A DNA stretch of 64,000 nucleotides from Nitrospirota bacterium (GTDB lineage: Bacteria; Nitrospirota; Nitrospiria; 2-01-FULL-66-17): the NCBI GenBank assembly GCA_049325335.1, contig JBMOMC010000002.1:389805-453804 (forward strand). The letters are read 5' to 3'. Numbering within the stretch: position 1 is the first letter of the stretch; each line of letters starts with the position of its first letter. Under the pieces are notes generated by a model. The model was not told the DNA's origin. It searched no databases and was given only the letters and a program-made list of their open reading frames with translations. Position numbers and translations under genes: made by a program. Of the stretch, positions 54,534 to 64,000 are shown one piece after another.

Positions 54534-55345
54534 TTGCTGGAGTGACTCTTTCTGTTCCACAGAGCCTGAATCGGTACAGCTACGTGCTGAACAACCCATT
54601 GCGCTTTACCGACCCGACGGGGTTTCAGGTCTGTAACGGCGACGCTGCGGGGAATACGATCTGTATGGGGACCAACGGGCCGATTATTTTCCCTAAGGAT
54701 CCCATGGCGTCAGCGATCATGGGCACCTCCGATGGGACGTTCAACGTGGGGCGCGCCAATGCCAACCGAGATTTTCAGCAGGCCTTGGAGCGGGAGGCCA
54801 ATCCGACAACCCGAAACCAGTGGCTCCCCTCGTGGCAGCAGCCCGCCACGACAGGCGGGGGCGGTGGATGTGGGGGGCTGAGTGCGATTGCGTGTTTCGG
54901 GAGGGGCCCGAATAGCGCCGCCGCGCAACAGACCATTGATACCGGGATTGCACTCGTGGGCGATACTAGGTGGAGCAAGGGACAGGGGTCAGACATTTTT
55001 GGAGTTTTGTCAGAGGCGAATAGGACTGGGCGCTTGCTTGATGGGCCGGTGGAGCCTCCCCGCCGTGCTCAGTGGGACCCCGGCTCACGGACCATCACGT
55101 TCGATTTGTCACAGTTCGAGAGCAACCCCGGAGGGGTTTTCCATTACCTCCCAGGAGTGATGGTTCATGAAGGCACCCATTTATATCTCGGACACGGATT
55201 TGGAGACACGTTTTCTGAGGAGCGACCGGCCTTCAATAACCAGTTTTACTTTGAATCTGAATACTTGCAAAGATTCGGAGAAAAAGCCCGCTACAGAACG
55301 GATACTGAAATAAGGCGTCAATATAATATTCCCGGACTTCCATAG
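53612..55345 (+). CDS. 5'-truncated Rhs/YD-repeat module 1 with C-terminal HExxH zincin-like toxin tip
   Basis: YD repeats, YTGQE.D.ETGLYYYHARYYDP.LGRFIS.D, NRYSY..NNP....DPTG, then VHEGTH...EE..AF. Confidence 0.88.
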   Translation: MTDIRYDAFSKRTRLVLGNGTQTDYTYDADTFRLQQLRTLGPGGVLQHLNYTYDAVGNVQTIRDGLSAGYSESFDYDDLHRLTGAFGAYGSLTYAYDPIGNMTCNSQISPCSATSPNYAYPPSGATSVRPHAVNQAGPYTYTYDANGNMTSGAGRSLTYDVDNRPTSMTVGSSTVTFAYDYSGERVRKQVAGGAMTTYVGAIYECAASCTKYLFAGSTRVAQKTSDGTVVYFHGNHLGSTHIVTNAAGAAVEEIHYYPYGGTFSDTNGEAGGVNRRYTGQEMDSETGLYYYHARYYDPVLGRFISADIAGVTLSVPQSLNRYSYVLNNPLRFTDPTGFQVCNGDAAGNTICMGTNGPIIFPKDPMASAIMGTSDGTFNVGRANANRDFQQALEREANPTTRNQWLPSWQQPATTGGGGGCGGLSAIACFGRGPNSAAAQQTIDTGIALVGDTRWSKGQGSDIFGVLSEANRTGRLLDGPVEPPRRAQWDPGSRTITFDLSQFESNPGGVFHYLPGVMVHEGTHLYLGHGFGDTFSEERPAFNNQFYFESEYLQRFGEKARYRTDTEIRRQYNIPGLP

Positions 55346-55500
55346 GCAGTCGCAGGTCAAATCCAGGCGGGGGGAGAGGTAATCTGTCGTCGATCCTGCA
55401 GGTGAGGGACAGGGCAAATGCTAAGCGGCTGGGTTGAAGCATCACTCTATCGATCGTTTGTATTAGGCCATCAACAGGGCCAGGCTTGACTTGTTGACGC

Positions 55501-56427
55501 ATGGTTACCTCCGACACATTTAGAATGTGTTTCAGAAGGCACAGACGCTGGTACCTTTACCCGCTCGCAGTTATTACTTTGTTCTTTCTGCAAAGTGCCG
55601 TCTTCGCTAGTAGTGTCATTCCAGATGACTTCAAGGTCATCGCTGGGTATGGCCCTGGCTTCAGTGATTGGAAACCATGGGATGTAACGATCACGCGAGA
55701 CGGCAAGGTCTCTCAGAAGGCATACATTTTCGGGAACAACGGTGAAGAAACTGAAATCAGCAAAACATTCTCGCTGTCAGAGCGCGACGTGGCTGACCTG
55801 GTAGAGATAATTACCGGATCAGACTTCTTCAACATTAGTAAAAATCTGTCCTACCCAGTTACTGACAATGAGACTCTGTCTCTTGCTATCACGATGGGCC
55901 GAGTGTCACATCAAGTACGGGTCTATGCTCCCGTTCATCTTAAGGAACGGGCAGAGGTTAAGCGGTTCTTGCAGGTGTGGGGTGAAGTTATGAAGAAGGT
56001 GCCTTCACCGAACGACAAGGCGACGGTGCAGCGTCCGCCCACAGTGATAGCGAGCGCAGAAGACACTCCAGAGGAGATGATACGCAAGACAGGCTGTTCC
56101 GCATGCCACAAAGTTCCGACCGTCTTTGGAGGCGTGGGTGGCACGCTAGGGCCGGTGCTCAGTGCAAAAACGACTGCCCATGAGCGGATCGAAGCACCCG
56201 AATATATCGCAAGGATCAAAACCGGCAAAGCACGCGCAAGGACGCCGAAAGAGTACGTGGTTGAATCGATTCTCGATCCAAGCGCGTTCATTGTTCCGGG
56301 TTTCGAACTAAAATCCGCACCGGGAGCTTCAATGATGCCGAGCGACTATGGAGATAAGTTTACGTATCAAGCCCTTGACAAGCTTGCCGACTTCCTCCTG
56401 TCGCTTGATGAATCTGCAGCGAGATAA
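55501..56427 (+). CDS. Exported protein in immunity position with a C-terminal cytochrome c domain
   Basis: Signal peptide, lower GC, CSACH heme motif, GTLGP.L, EY..ESI.DP.A.IV.G, MP. Confidence 0.7.
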   Translation: MVTSDTFRMCFRRHRRWYLYPLAVITLFFLQSAVFASSVIPDDFKVIAGYGPGFSDWKPWDVTITRDGKVSQKAYIFGNNGEETEISKTFSLSERDVADLVEIITGSDFFNISKNLSYPVTDNETLSLAITMGRVSHQVRVYAPVHLKERAEVKRFLQVWGEVMKKVPSPNDKATVQRPPTVIASAEDTPEEMIRKTGCSACHKVPTVFGGVGGTLGPVLSAKTTAHERIEAPEYIARIKTGKARARTPKEYVVESILDPSAFIVPGFELKSAPGASMMPSDYGDKFTYQALDKLADFLLSLDESAAR

Positions 56428-56439
56428 CTTGCCCCGAGT

Positions 56440-56539
56440 GGGGACGTTCTTCACTTATTCACTTTCTTTACAGGCGATCGGTCATCGTGCTATAGACGCT
56501 GGCATGCCGCGCGGCCCGCGTTTAGACGCTCCGGGAGTA
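56440..56539 (+). mobile_element. Left-end stub of a RAYT-like element (arm, promoter, first 12 codons)
   Basis: GGGGACGTTCTT arm, TTTACA-18-TATAGA, ATG 56504 MPRGPRLDAPGV versus MPRCARLDAPGL at 9377. Confidence 0.8.
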
Positions 56540-56565
56540 TGGGCCCCGCGGAACTTAAAGGGGAC

Positions 56566-57407
<842 letters not shown>

Positions 57408-57452
57408 TTTCGAGTCCCCTTTCGATCCTTTACTGGACTTTCAATGCCCCAT

Positions 57453-57507
57453 CCGTTTGTCCTGAGCTTGTCGAAGGACTTCAAGAGGGTTTTTCAGCAC
57501 CCTGCTA
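57453..57507. repeat. REP-like motif CCGTTTGTCCTGAGCTTGTCGAAGGA plus MITE-like end TTTTTCAGCACCCTGCTA
   Basis: Resembles widespread intergenic palindromic repeats; single copy in the window. Confidence 0.45.
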
Positions 57508-57560
57508 AGCAGGTGAGTTTCTTGCCGGGGGCTCGGAAGAAGCGGTTCGGGGCGTGGGGA

Positions 57561-58064
57561 TTACAGAATCAAGCGCTCGCCAAGGTGTCGAAGTTCCCGC
57601 ACGAAGTCATCCGGCGTTGGTGACGTGATCCAGCGCACCGCCGCCCAGTCGGCCGGCGTGGCGGCGCACAACACGCGGGCCAGATCTGCCGGAAACAGAC
57701 CGGCCGCTTTGCTGTGCGCATCGGTCAGCGCGTGGTCGAGCGACAATCCCATGAGGCTGCAGAAGCCCCAAATGTCGGCCAAGTCCTTGGGCTCGCGCCG
57801 ATCAATCACGGCCGTGACCTTGTTGGCAAGGATGTTCTCCGGGCTGTCCATCCGGCCCAAGACCGGATGTGGGCGGATGTCGCCGATTCGCGACGGGACA
57901 TCATTGACCAGTTCGATTTTGAGGGTGGCGTCTGGTGTTTGGAGCGACAGGCGAGCGAACTGGGCGTCTCGTTGGATCACGTCGATGGTCCAGTCAGGGG
58001 CGTCCGCCAGTCCGTGGACAACCCGGTCGGTCCATCGGGCGAATCGCGGATCATCATTCACGAA
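57561..58064 (-). pseudogene. 5'-truncated AbiEii/AbiGii-like nucleotidyltransferase
   Basis: LKIELVND, DS.ENILANK.TA...R.EPKD..D; begins at FVNDD, lacks the N-terminal GGT/S.DLD motifs, cut at a hairpin. Confidence 0.7.
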
Positions 58065-58067
58065 GCC

Positions 58068-58151
58068 GCATCAGGGTCAGGTCTTGCAATCAAACATTGG
58101 CGACCACCGCTTTGAAGTGTGTTAATGCAAGACCTGACCCTGATTGGATTG
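58068..58151 (+). repeat. 84-bp GGGTCAG-armed hairpin, copy A
   Basis: 19-bp perfect IR ATCAGGGTCAGGTCTTGCA / TGCAAGACCTGACCCTGAT; identical to 60621-60704. Confidence 0.93.
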
Positions 58152-59268
58152 TACCTATGTGAGCGCGATCTACGAGTACACGGCGAGCGGCACCAAATAC
58201 CTCTTTGCCGGCAGCACCCGCGTGGCGCAGAAGACATCGGATGGAACGGTCTCGTACTTCCACGGCAATCACCTCGGCAGCACGCACATCGTGACCAACG
58301 CCGGCGGCGCCGCCGTGGAGGAGATCCACTACTATCCCTACGGCGGGACGTACACCGATTCGAACGGGGAGGCGGGGGGCGTCAGTTACCGCTACACCAG
58401 CCAGCAGCTCGACGTGGAGACGAGCTTGTATTATTACCACGCCCGGTACTATGATCCGGTCCTGGGGCGGTTTGTGTCGGCGGATAATATGGGGGTGACA
58501 TCAATGCTTCCCCAGTCGTTGAACCGTTATAGTTATGTGCTGAATAATCCGCTACGATTTGTCGATCCAACCGGTCACTATGTGCAGGCTGACGCTGCGG
58601 GGAACATTGTGGGTATCGACCAAGACGGACAATTAGTCGTCTGGACGAACCCCGGTCCCACCATGGATCAGGGGAAGGTTTACATAGCGAATCCCAGCGA
58701 TCCATATAGCGACGGGTGGCGATCCTTTAACGACGCGTTTTCCTCACCGGATTACAATGGATTATTTACGGCGAGCCCTGGGGAGATCGAGCAACGTCGT
58801 ATTGAGCAGGAGCGGTGGACCAGGGCCTACCAAGCTACTGGGCGAACGTCGCGAAAGGAAGTATCGACGGCAAGCTCGAGACGCCCAATGACCCTAGAGG
58901 TGACGAGCGAGGCGGAGTGGGAGTCCTCACTCCGGGGGGACAACCTATATGAAAATCAGTTCTCGGTCGGCAGTCCCAGCTGGTGTACTGGAGCGACCTG
59001 CACAGATACAAGCTGGCAGTCATACTCATTATATGGCTTTGAGATCGGAGTAGATGCACTAGATCTTCGTTACGGGCCGCCTCCAGAACAAATGTGGGGC
59101 GAACCGACTAAAGAGGTATTCGTTGATCTGCCTTATGTTGGTGTCGGGTTTGATAATGCGGGTGGTGCACACCTTCATTTGGGAAGAACGCTTGGGGTCG
59201 GGGCTGGTATTTCGACCAAACTCCCGGCGACTAAACCGTTTAACCCGGATGATCTGAATAAATGGTAA
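58144..59268 (+). CDS. 5'-truncated Rhs module 2 with unknown C-terminal toxin tip
   Basis: HLGSTH, YYPYG, ARYYDP.LGRF.SAD, NRYSY..NNP....DPTG then divergent tail. Confidence 0.85.
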   Translation: MDCTYVSAIYEYTASGTKYLFAGSTRVAQKTSDGTVSYFHGNHLGSTHIVTNAGGAAVEEIHYYPYGGTYTDSNGEAGGVSYRYTSQQLDVETSLYYYHARYYDPVLGRFVSADNMGVTSMLPQSLNRYSYVLNNPLRFVDPTGHYVQADAAGNIVGIDQDGQLVVWTNPGPTMDQGKVYIANPSDPYSDGWRSFNDAFSSPDYNGLFTASPGEIEQRRIEQERWTRAYQATGRTSRKEVSTASSRRPMTLEVTSEAEWESSLRGDNLYENQFSVGSPSWCTGATCTDTSWQSYSLYGFEIGVDALDLRYGPPPEQMWGEPTKEVFVDLPYVGVGFDNAGGAHLHLGRTLGVGAGISTKLPATKPFNPDDLNKW

Positions 59269-59375
59269 CCAGCCGACTCCTACTAACTGGCGCGGACGAA
59301 GTAACTATCATCCGGTCTCGATGCTCATGCATCAGAAATTTGATATCTCCTGTTGGCTCGCAAAATGGTAAATAA

Positions 59376-59729
59376 ATGCGACGAGGGACAAAGCTACTCC
59401 TTGGTACTTTAACGATTTGGCCACTGATTGCTTATTTGCTCGCCGTTTTGCTACAGCAAAACGTATCACTGGTAGACAACAAGCACTATTTCACGGAACA
59501 TCGTATTCAGGGGCTCATGTACACCGTTAGCGGCGCGAGTTTCGTCTTAGTATCAATAGCCATGGATATTTTCTATGTGCGACACGTCAGGAAAAATTCT
59601 AATAGCCTAGGGTTCTCGTCTAGAAGAAAGCTCGGATGGATTGCCGCAATTATAGCGCTTGGTCCAATTACTACGCCGATTTATTTCTATAATTACTTTT
59701 GGAGAGATCCTCCTAAAGGGAGCCATTGA
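59376..59729 (+). CDS. Membrane protein, candidate immunity for Rhs module 2
   Basis: Low GC, three hydrophobic helices, K..W...I.......PIYF motif; directly downstream of the toxin tip. Confidence 0.65.
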   Translation: MRRGTKLLLGTLTIWPLIAYLLAVLLQQNVSLVDNKHYFTEHRIQGLMYTVSGASFVLVSIAMDIFYVRHVRKNSNSLGFSSRRKLGWIAAIIALGPITTPIYFYNYFWRDPPKGSH

Positions 59730-59742
59730 GTTTTGAGTGGAG

Positions 59743-59779
59743 TTTTCATGAGCCGCCGGCTCACCCCGCGGCATGAAAA
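59743..59779. repeat. Small palindrome TTTTCATG...CATGAAAA
   Basis: Inverted repeat with an inner GAGCC/GGCTC stem. Confidence 0.5.
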
Positions 59780-59790
59780 GGGAACCCACA

Positions 59791-59837
59791 GGGTCAGACA
59801 TTGATCTCTTGACATTGGGAGTCGGGCGGCGTAGGCT
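59791..59837 (+). promoter_or_regulatory. GGGTCAG half-arm followed by a promoter-like sequence (probable RAYT-type left end)
   Basis: GGGTCAGACATTGATCTC, TTGACA-17nt-TAGGCT. Confidence 0.45.
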
Positions 59838-59850
59838 GCGAATCACTGGT

Positions 59851-59922
59851 TGGGGTCAGGTCTTGCATTAACACACTTCAAATCGTCGGTTGGCTAATGT
59901 TTGATTGCAAGACCTGACCCCA
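59851..59922 (-). repeat. GGGTCAG-armed hairpin, copy B (loop inverted relative to A)
   Basis: TGGGGTCAGGTCTTGCA...TGCAAGACCTGACCCCA; loop resembles the reverse complement of A; flanked by CACTGGTT direct repeats. Confidence 0.9.
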
Positions 59923-59984
59923 CTGGTTTTCTCCGCCGGGTCGAAGACGACCAGCGCGCGTAAAAGACTTTGGGAAAAGACTTT

Positions 59985-60064
59985 GGGGTCAGGCATGAGT
60001 ATTGACTTATTGTCTGTTTCCTCCGTCGACGGCGTTTCAATAGTCAATACTCATGCCTGACCCC
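59985..60064. repeat. Variant hairpin with a 23-bp perfect IR
   Basis: GGGGTCAGGCATGAGTATTGACT ... AGTCAATACTCATGCCTGACCCC; preceded by AAAAGACTTTGGG x2. Confidence 0.9.
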
Positions 60065-60069
60065 GTCTG

Positions 60070-60175
60070 GTCTCGATTGGTTGTACTGACGGATATAGCG
60101 CATGAGCTTTCTCTTTAGATCCGCGACCGAAGTAAACACCCCGCGCGCGATGACGTCGCGTTCGATCTTGCCGAA
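60070..60175 (-). mobile_element. IS630 family transposase C-terminal fragment
   Basis: Minus-strand translation FGKIERDVIARGVFTSVADLKRKLMRYIRQYNQ, between two hairpins. Confidence 0.7.
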
Positions 60176-60188
60176 CCCGGCGATCTCC

Positions 60189-60253
60189 GGGGTCAGGTCT
60201 TGCATTAACACACTTCAAATCGTCGGTTGACTAATAGTTTGATTGCAAGACCT
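60189..60253 (-). repeat. GGGTCAG-armed hairpin, copy C (inverted loop, right arm shortened)
   Basis: GGGGTCAGGTCTTGCATTAACACACTTCAAA...TGCAAGACCT followed by CGTATCTTGACTC. Confidence 0.88.
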
Positions 60254-60278
60254 CGTATCTTGACTCAGAGGAGGTAGA

Positions 60279-60616
<338 letters not shown>

Positions 60617-60620
60617 TCAG

Positions 60621-60704
60621 GCATCAGGGTCAGGTCTTGCAATCAAACATTGGCGACCACCGCTTTGAAGTGTGTTAATGCAAGACCTGACCCTGATTGG
60701 ATTG
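60621..60704 (+). repeat. 84-bp GGGTCAG-armed hairpin, copy D
   Basis: Identical to 58068-58151; GCATCAG duplicated on the left. Confidence 0.93.
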
Positions 60705-62694
60705 CGAAGGGGGGACGACGGTCGTGCGCAGCGCGAGCTTCGACTACGACGTGCGCGGCAACATCACCCGCACCGTCCGCGTCCTGGACGGGGCCACCTA
60801 CACCACCGACCAGACCTACGACTCGCTCAATCGGATCGAGACCGTGACCTATCCCGACACGCCCACGCGCGAAGTCGTGACCCAGACCTACAACAGTGCC
60901 GGTAGCCTGGCGACCGTCACCGGGGTCGATGGGGGCGTGACCACGAATGACGTGACGGATATCCAATACGATGCCTTCAGCAAACGCACGCGCCTGGTCT
61001 TGGGCAACGGGACGCAGACCGACTACACCTATGACGCGGACACGTTCCGCCTGCAACAACTCCGCACCCTCGGGCCGGGCGGCGTCCTGCAACACCTCAA
61101 CTATACGTATGACGCGGTGGGCAACGTCCAGACGATTCGAGACGGCCTCAGCGCGGGGTACAACGAGTCGTTCGATTACGACGACCTGCACCGACTCACC
61201 GGGGCGTTTGGGGCCTACGGCTCCCTGACCTATGCCTACAATCAAATCGGCAACATGACGTGCAACAGCCAACTCGGCCCCTGCTCCGCCACCAGCGCCA
61301 ACTACGCCTACCCGCCGAGCGGCGTGACCAGCGTGCGCCCGCACGCGGTGAACCAAGCGGGGCCGTACACGTACACCTACGACGCCAACGGCAACATGAC
61401 CAGCGGGGCGGGGCGCAGCCTCACCTACGACGTGAACAACCGGCCCACCAGCATGACGGTGGGCGGCAGCACCGTCGCGTTCGCCTACGACTACAGCGGC
61501 GAGCGGGTGAGAAAACAGGTGGTCGGCGGCGCCATGACCACCTACGTGGGCGCCATCTACGAGTGCGCGGCGAGCTGTACCAAATACCTCTTTGCCGGCA
61601 GCACGCGGGTGGCTCAGAAGACATCGGATGGTACCGTGGCGTACTTCCACGGTAATCACCTCGGGAGCACGCACGTCGTGACCAATAGTAGCGGAACAGC
61701 GGTGGAGGAAATCCACTACTACCCCTATGGAGGAACCTACTCCGACTCCAACGGCGAAGCGGGGGGCGTGAATCGTCGCTACACCGGGCAGGAGATCGAT
61801 ATCGAAACGGGCTTGTATTACTACCACGCCCGGTACTATGATCCGGTCCTGGGGCGGTTTATCTCGGCGGATACGGGCGGGATTCGGATTGACGATCCTC
61901 AGACACTCAACCGATACAGCTACGTGTTAAACAACCCACTACGGTTTATCGATCCGAATGGACAAGATGCGATTCAGGTCGATGAAGGGGGGAGTGTGGT
62001 CGCTCCGGTTCCCTGTTCGACGGGTGTCGGATTCTGCGGCGTGTCGGTGACGAGTCCGAGTTACGGCATCCAGGTTACGGGAACCTATGAACCGGGCCGT
62101 GGTCAGCGTTTTGAGGCAAATCCGTGGGTATCGCCATGGACACTTCCGGGACACCGTCCCCTCGCTTCGGTGAACCTCGGCATCATGGAGGCGAAGATTG
62201 CGGCCTATCAGGGAATTGAATGTAGTGGCTGCAGTGCCTTTGAGCGCTTTGGACGAGCTATCTCCGGGAACGTAACTTCTTTTAAGGAAATGGATAAAAA
62301 GCAGGCGAGGGTGGGTCCGATCGGTATCGAGACAACAACTTCAGTGGGTCTTCAGGTTGGGAGACGGGACAGTCTGATTTCCACAGAAGTGAGTGAACAG
62401 AGCGCAAAGATTTCCATGTTTGGGGTTGGCGTCAGTTGGCCTCTGGCATTTTCTGGATCAATCCCAGGGACAAATCAGTCGTTTTCCCTTGGACTGAATC
62501 AAGGCACAACATTTAGCATGAGTTCGACCTTCTCCGGTGGGGATGGTGCCCAAGGTGGTGTCATAAAGCAAACAGTCACATATAGTATTAAGCCGTTCAT
62601 CAACGATGTTCAAGAGGCCGTGAGTGCGGTAAAACCTCCAATGTTTGTCCCGCTTCGGGGTCCATCGCGAGCCGATTGGGACGCTCTTCCATAA
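60697..62694 (+). CDS. 5'-truncated Rhs module 3 with unknown C-terminal toxin tip
   Basis: YD repeats, Rhs core motifs, DPNG cleavage motif, divergent lower-GC tail. Confidence 0.88.
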   Translation: MDCEGGTTVVRSASFDYDVRGNITRTVRVLDGATYTTDQTYDSLNRIETVTYPDTPTREVVTQTYNSAGSLATVTGVDGGVTTNDVTDIQYDAFSKRTRLVLGNGTQTDYTYDADTFRLQQLRTLGPGGVLQHLNYTYDAVGNVQTIRDGLSAGYNESFDYDDLHRLTGAFGAYGSLTYAYNQIGNMTCNSQLGPCSATSANYAYPPSGVTSVRPHAVNQAGPYTYTYDANGNMTSGAGRSLTYDVNNRPTSMTVGGSTVAFAYDYSGERVRKQVVGGAMTTYVGAIYECAASCTKYLFAGSTRVAQKTSDGTVAYFHGNHLGSTHVVTNSSGTAVEEIHYYPYGGTYSDSNGEAGGVNRRYTGQEIDIETGLYYYHARYYDPVLGRFISADTGGIRIDDPQTLNRYSYVLNNPLRFIDPNGQDAIQVDEGGSVVAPVPCSTGVGFCGVSVTSPSYGIQVTGTYEPGRGQRFEANPWVSPWTLPGHRPLASVNLGIMEAKIAAYQGIECSGCSAFERFGRAISGNVTSFKEMDKKQARVGPIGIETTTSVGLQVGRRDSLISTEVSEQSAKISMFGVGVSWPLAFSGSIPGTNQSFSLGLNQGTTFSMSSTFSGGDGAQGGVIKQTVTYSIKPFINDVQEAVSAVKPPMFVPLRGPSRADWDALP

Positions 62695-63487
62695 ATTGGT
62701 TTCGAAACGGTTGAGAAATTATTTCCAGCGCGGCACTGCGGAAGACGTGCGAGCTAGGGAGAGGGTTGCGACTGGTCTCATCGTCCTTGCGATCGTTGTG
62801 GGATTTGTCGGGCTCTTGCTGGTATTAACAAAGCTTAACTATCCATTTAATTTTGGTATGCCAGTCATTGATACTCGTGGGATGGAGGAAATTATCCATG
62901 ACCTCGGGGTAAACACAATTGATCAATATAGGTTAGTCCGAGTTGATAAGGGTGAGCGTGGAGAGAACCGAATAGCCGTATTCGCCAACCGGGAGAATGG
63001 GCAGAAGATCGTGGCCACTCTTATCCGGGAACACCTCGGTGATCGCTTGGAGCGAATCGCTCTCTTGGATCGGACATCAGTTGAAGAAACATTTTATCAG
63101 TCAGATTTTGAAATGCTTCAGGTTCCTTCGTTTCGATTTACCTACTTCCTCCCTTTAATGCATCGCAACGATGATTTGACAGGCATTGGGGACGAGGCCG
63201 TGGTGAGAGGCATTTCAATTGCTTCGCAAGAGCGCCTTGAGACGGACCACGCGGAAATATTTTATGTTCAAGGCGAATTTACCAGGATCGGTCTCTTCAA
63301 GGAGGCGCGGGGAGAGTGGGTCTACCCGACGCCGGCCTTCGATTTCGTGAGCCGGCACGAGGGGGCACTGGCGTTTCTCAAATCCAGAGCATCGGGGCGA
63401 GTTGTCATTTATGTGGGGGTCAATAGTATTGGTCAATTTATCGAACAAGAATTTCGGGAATTTGTGACCAAAGCCACCCCAAAGTAG
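62645..63487 (+). CDS. Membrane-anchored protein, candidate immunity for Rhs module 3 (start uncertain, probably further downstream)
   Basis: Low GC, single TM helix, adjoins the Rhs stop. Confidence 0.65.
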   Translation: MSRFGVHREPIGTLFHKLVSKRLRNYFQRGTAEDVRARERVATGLIVLAIVVGFVGLLLVLTKLNYPFNFGMPVIDTRGMEEIIHDLGVNTIDQYRLVRVDKGERGENRIAVFANRENGQKIVATLIREHLGDRLERIALLDRTSVEETFYQSDFEMLQVPSFRFTYFLPLMHRNDDLTGIGDEAVVRGISIASQERLETDHAEIFYVQGEFTRIGLFKEARGEWVYPTPAFDFVSRHEGALAFLKSRASGRVVIYVGVNSIGQFIEQEFREFVTKATPK

Positions 63488-63535
63488 TTACAGTCAATGA
63501 TCAGCAGCGGCGATCTCCGCAGGCGATCTCCGGGG

Positions 63536-63730
63536 TCAGATACCGTCTTGGAAATCAAGGTGCGGGGTGGCCAGGCGGGCATCGAAGACCTGCCCGGACT
63601 TGATCACGCCGTAGATTAGATGTGCCAACTTCCGCATCACGGCGCCGACCACGGCCTTCGGGGCCAGCCCCGTGGCTCGCAGGCGATCGCCGAACACGCG
63701 CAGGACGGGATTATGGCGCCGGGCCACCAC
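63536..63730 (-). mobile_element. IS110 family transposase remnant 3 (5'-truncated)
   Basis: NPVL..F..RL...G..PK.VVGAVMRKL.H.IYGV.KSG..FD, LDFQDGI end. Confidence 0.85.
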
Positions 63731-63748
63731 GCATCAGGGTCACACCAC

Positions 63749-63816
63749 GCATCAGGGTCAGGTCTTGCAATCAAACATTGGCGACCGCCGCTTTGAAGTG
63801 TGTTAATGCAAGACCT
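63749..63816 (+). repeat. GGGTCAG-armed hairpin, copy E (A-type loop, right arm shortened)
   Basis: One substitution versus copy A; followed by CGTATCTTGACTC as in copy C; 18-bp tandem duplication on the left. Confidence 0.9.
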
Positions 63817-63873
63817 CGTATCTTGACTCTGGCGATCAAACAATCTGTAGTAACGACGTGGAAGTGGCTGAGC

Positions 63874-64000
63874 GAGTCAATCCCATTTTTAGTTGAGATT
63901 CGATCGCGGCTCCTGTGTGATCCCTATGCTGCGTGCACGGTGGTCTCGGTGGCCGAGGCCGCTCGCCGGAGCAAGGCGGCCCGCAACTGGGGCAAGGCCC
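63874..64000 (-). mobile_element. Probable IS256-like element 3' end (continues beyond the window)
   Basis: Minus-strand ...ALPQLRAALLRRAASATETTVHAA* followed by TIR-like TCAACTAAAAATGGGATTGACTC. Confidence 0.5.

Overview
GC-rich bacterial chromosome segment. Gene content and repeat style suggest a Nitrospirota-like lineage (inference). Bases 1-53,400 are mostly housekeeping genes: usp, S1/P1 nuclease, dsrEFH-like trio, tRNA-Ala, icd, tatD, hflX, nth, mtnB, yicC-gmk-rpoZ-coaBC, aroQ-efp-accBC, thiE, bioF-SDR-bioD, clpS, rubrerythrin cluster, scpAB, addB/addA-like, polX, tRNA-Gly and fbp. This part also holds an intact RAYT-like Y1/HUH transposase with inverted-repeat ends (9.3-10.4 kb), a c-di-GMP-I riboswitch and several MITE/REP-like repeats. 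From about 53,585 to the window end lies the most interesting feature: a mosaic array of three 5'-truncated Rhs toxin modules, each with a different C-terminal tip and a downstream candidate immunity gene. They are interleaved with 5'-truncated IS110 pieces, an AbiEii-like fragment, an IS630 fragment and a RAYT stub. Almost every junction sits on a palindromic GGGGTCAG- or GGGGACGTTC-armed hairpin. One arm family matches the ends of the intact RAYT, and many hairpin edges carry short tandem duplications. This suggests a HUH-transposase/REP-hairpin-driven system that captures and shuffles polymorphic-toxin cassettes (hypothesis).
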